From: Pelomyxa schiedti
Taxonomy: Eukaryota; Protista; Evosea
DNA length: 42,116 bases
NCBI GenBank assembly: GCA_020536535.1
Contig: JAHLWZ010000934.1
Location: forward strand, 1 to 42,116
Reading direction: 5' to 3'
Below, in pieces: positions 40,432-42,116 of this stretch. Both the position numbers and the translations under genes were made by a program. The notes under the pieces are model-generated. The model did no database searches, was not told the DNA's origin, and saw only the letters and a program-made list of their open reading frames with translations. Numbering within the stretch: position 1 is the first letter of the stretch; each line of letters starts with the position of its first letter.

Positions 40432-41338
40432 TTATTCAGTACTTTTGACGCTTTTCTCTTGAGGACTTTGAGTTGGTGTCTGTTGTGTGGTTGTTAACTG
40501 AGAAGGGGGAACTGGTGGGACTGGGACTTGGCATGGTTGGGTAGGTAAAGGGAGTGGCAAGTATTCACTGGAATAGACCTGGGCCACATTGTGGAGGAGA
40601 GGATTTTGACTGTGCAAACACTGAGTAACCTTTTCAATCAGAGTGGGTGTGCAAAGCTTGGATATCTCTTCAGTGCATTAGGTTCGAGGTGTGATTGGGG
40701 AAGAGTACTTGTTGCTGGACTGCGGTTTGTAATGTAGTACAATATGGTCAATGCGTACATCAAGATAGTTTCATTGGAACTCTCCAACAGACCTGTGATG
40801 AGAGGAATCCCCTCAGACTCCTCGATGACAGCCAAATTTGCATTGTCTAGATAGTGAACCCGTGAGATATAGTGAGCCGAATCCAGAACTTACCGCAACA
40901 AAGGTTGCACAGGCCACCAGCACCGAATTCTATCAGCTGCTCTTCAGGCTCAGTCAGCATGTCCAGGAAAAGGTCGATTATGTGCAGTTCACGAAACTGT
41001 TCGTTTTGGTAATGCACTTGACAAAACACATATATTGCAGCAGTAGAAAATGAGGATAGAAGGATACAGCCGAATTAGAATGATAAAAGCTCCTCCCTCA
41101 CGCATACCCAGTGGTAGTTTTGTGGGTCGAAAGCAAAATTAGCCAAGTTGGCCACTATTTGTAGTTTACAATCTGCCAAGTGTGGTTTTCAGTGTTTACA
41201 TAGGGAGGAGTATTTCATTCTTTGTTGGGTGCACTGCACACTGGGGAAATGCAAACCGATTTTGTTGGTGTCTTGGAATTCAGTGACCAACGACCTGAGG
41301 TATTCGAACCTCGACGACTCGCGGCGCCGAAGCCTCAT
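40432..41338 (-). CDS. ARMC7: Armadillo repeat-containing protein 7
   Basis: Spliced: [13 protein letters not shown]...[17 protein letters not shown]...[26 protein letters not shown]...[13 protein letters not shown]. Confidence 0.88.
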
Positions 41339-41508
41339 CGTACAATTTTTATTAATCACTAGTTTGCAGATTCAGCAGTTCTAAGGATGTGCTGCCAGTG
41401 CCAGAGCTATTTGAACGCAATCTTTTTCTTTGGAAAATCGTCGTTTGGTATTTTTATTCACAATACAACATAATGAGGTTTGATGTGGGTGGGGATTGTG
41501 TACGCGAG

Positions 41509-42116
41509 TCACATGGCACTGTGACTGAGCCTGTTGTTTGTTGCCAGTTGTTGCGCAAGTCCTGATGGCGATGTCATTTTCTTGGTGCTGTGTGTAGTGA
41601 ATGGCAGACCGGATGGTGGCACTGTCGCGGAGCCCGATTGCGATGATGGGAGCGGGACTGGCGACGAGAAGGACGTGGGCGAGGGCGACGGCGACGTTGC
41701 GTGAGGAATTGGAGGCGGGGTGGGCGGAAGCTGCCGCAATGTGATGAGAGGCCCCGCGGATGTGGTAGCCGCCGACCTGCCAGAGGAGATTATGGGCCAG
41801 CGGGCGCCGTCCCTTGCGTCGTCGAGATAGCTGAGGTTCAGGGAGTTTGCCTCGGTCGCCTCGGGCAGGAGCGGCGGCGACGCGCTCGAGGGAACCGCGA
41901 GGGCCAGCGTGGACGTCGACAGCCCCGAGCCGAGCGACGGGGACGCGGGGGGGTGGTGAGGGTGCGAGGGCGAGGGCGAGGGCGACGGCGAGGGGTAGCC
42001 GGGGGGCTGCCCCTGGACGAAGGGGAAGGACATGGAGGCGGTGCGGAGGTTGAACTGCGTGGGGGAGGGGGTGGGGGAGAGCGGCGAGGGCGGGAGCAGC
42101 GGAGAGGTGTGGGGGG
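41509..42116 (-). CDS. 3' part of a Pro/Ser-rich hypothetical protein, frame open to the window edge
   Basis: GC-rich stop-free frame from 42116 to the stop at 41509; low complexity; no domain recognised. Confidence 0.5.
   Translation of the reverse strand, partial: PHTSPLLPPSPLSPTPSPTQFNLRTASMSFPFVQGQPPGYPSPSPSPSPSHPHHPPASPSLGSGLSTSTLALAVPSSASPPLLPEATEANSLNLSYLDDARDGARWPIISSGRSAATTSAGPLITLRQLPPTPPPIPHATSPSPSPTSFSSPVPLPSSQSGSATVPPSGLPFTTHSTKKMTSPSGLAQQLATNNRLSHSAM

Overview
Gene-dense eukaryotic DNA with many short (~43-70 nt) spliceosomal introns. The gene content (ROCO kinase with HRDLRSPN, Shk-type kinase-SH2 relic) suggests an amoebozoan-like protist; this is an inference. Recognisable genes: PLAA/Ufd3, RPL35A, a Rab1-like GTPase, a DDX60-like SF2 helicase, CAPZB, YJU2, MCM3, a large ROCO kinase and ARMC7. 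Less ordinary elements: (i) a 1638-bp non-autonomous TIR element (CAC...GTG ends, 2-bp TSD, subterminal repeats) carrying a decayed intron-containing gene; (ii) a rearranged region at 1-8 kb in which ~130-150-bp near-perfect copies of neighbouring exons (PLAA PFU region, Shk kinase tail) lie in frame inside hypothetical ORFs; (iii) a six-repeat SUEL/DUF3395-like protein with roughly one repeat per exon; (iv) an LRR-Ras fusion; (v) a ROCO with an extra degenerate N-terminal GTPase-like fold and a C-terminal C1 domain; (vi) 9-13-nt microexons in GTPase motifs and a GC-AG intron. Exon boundaries were read by eye and no database searches were run.
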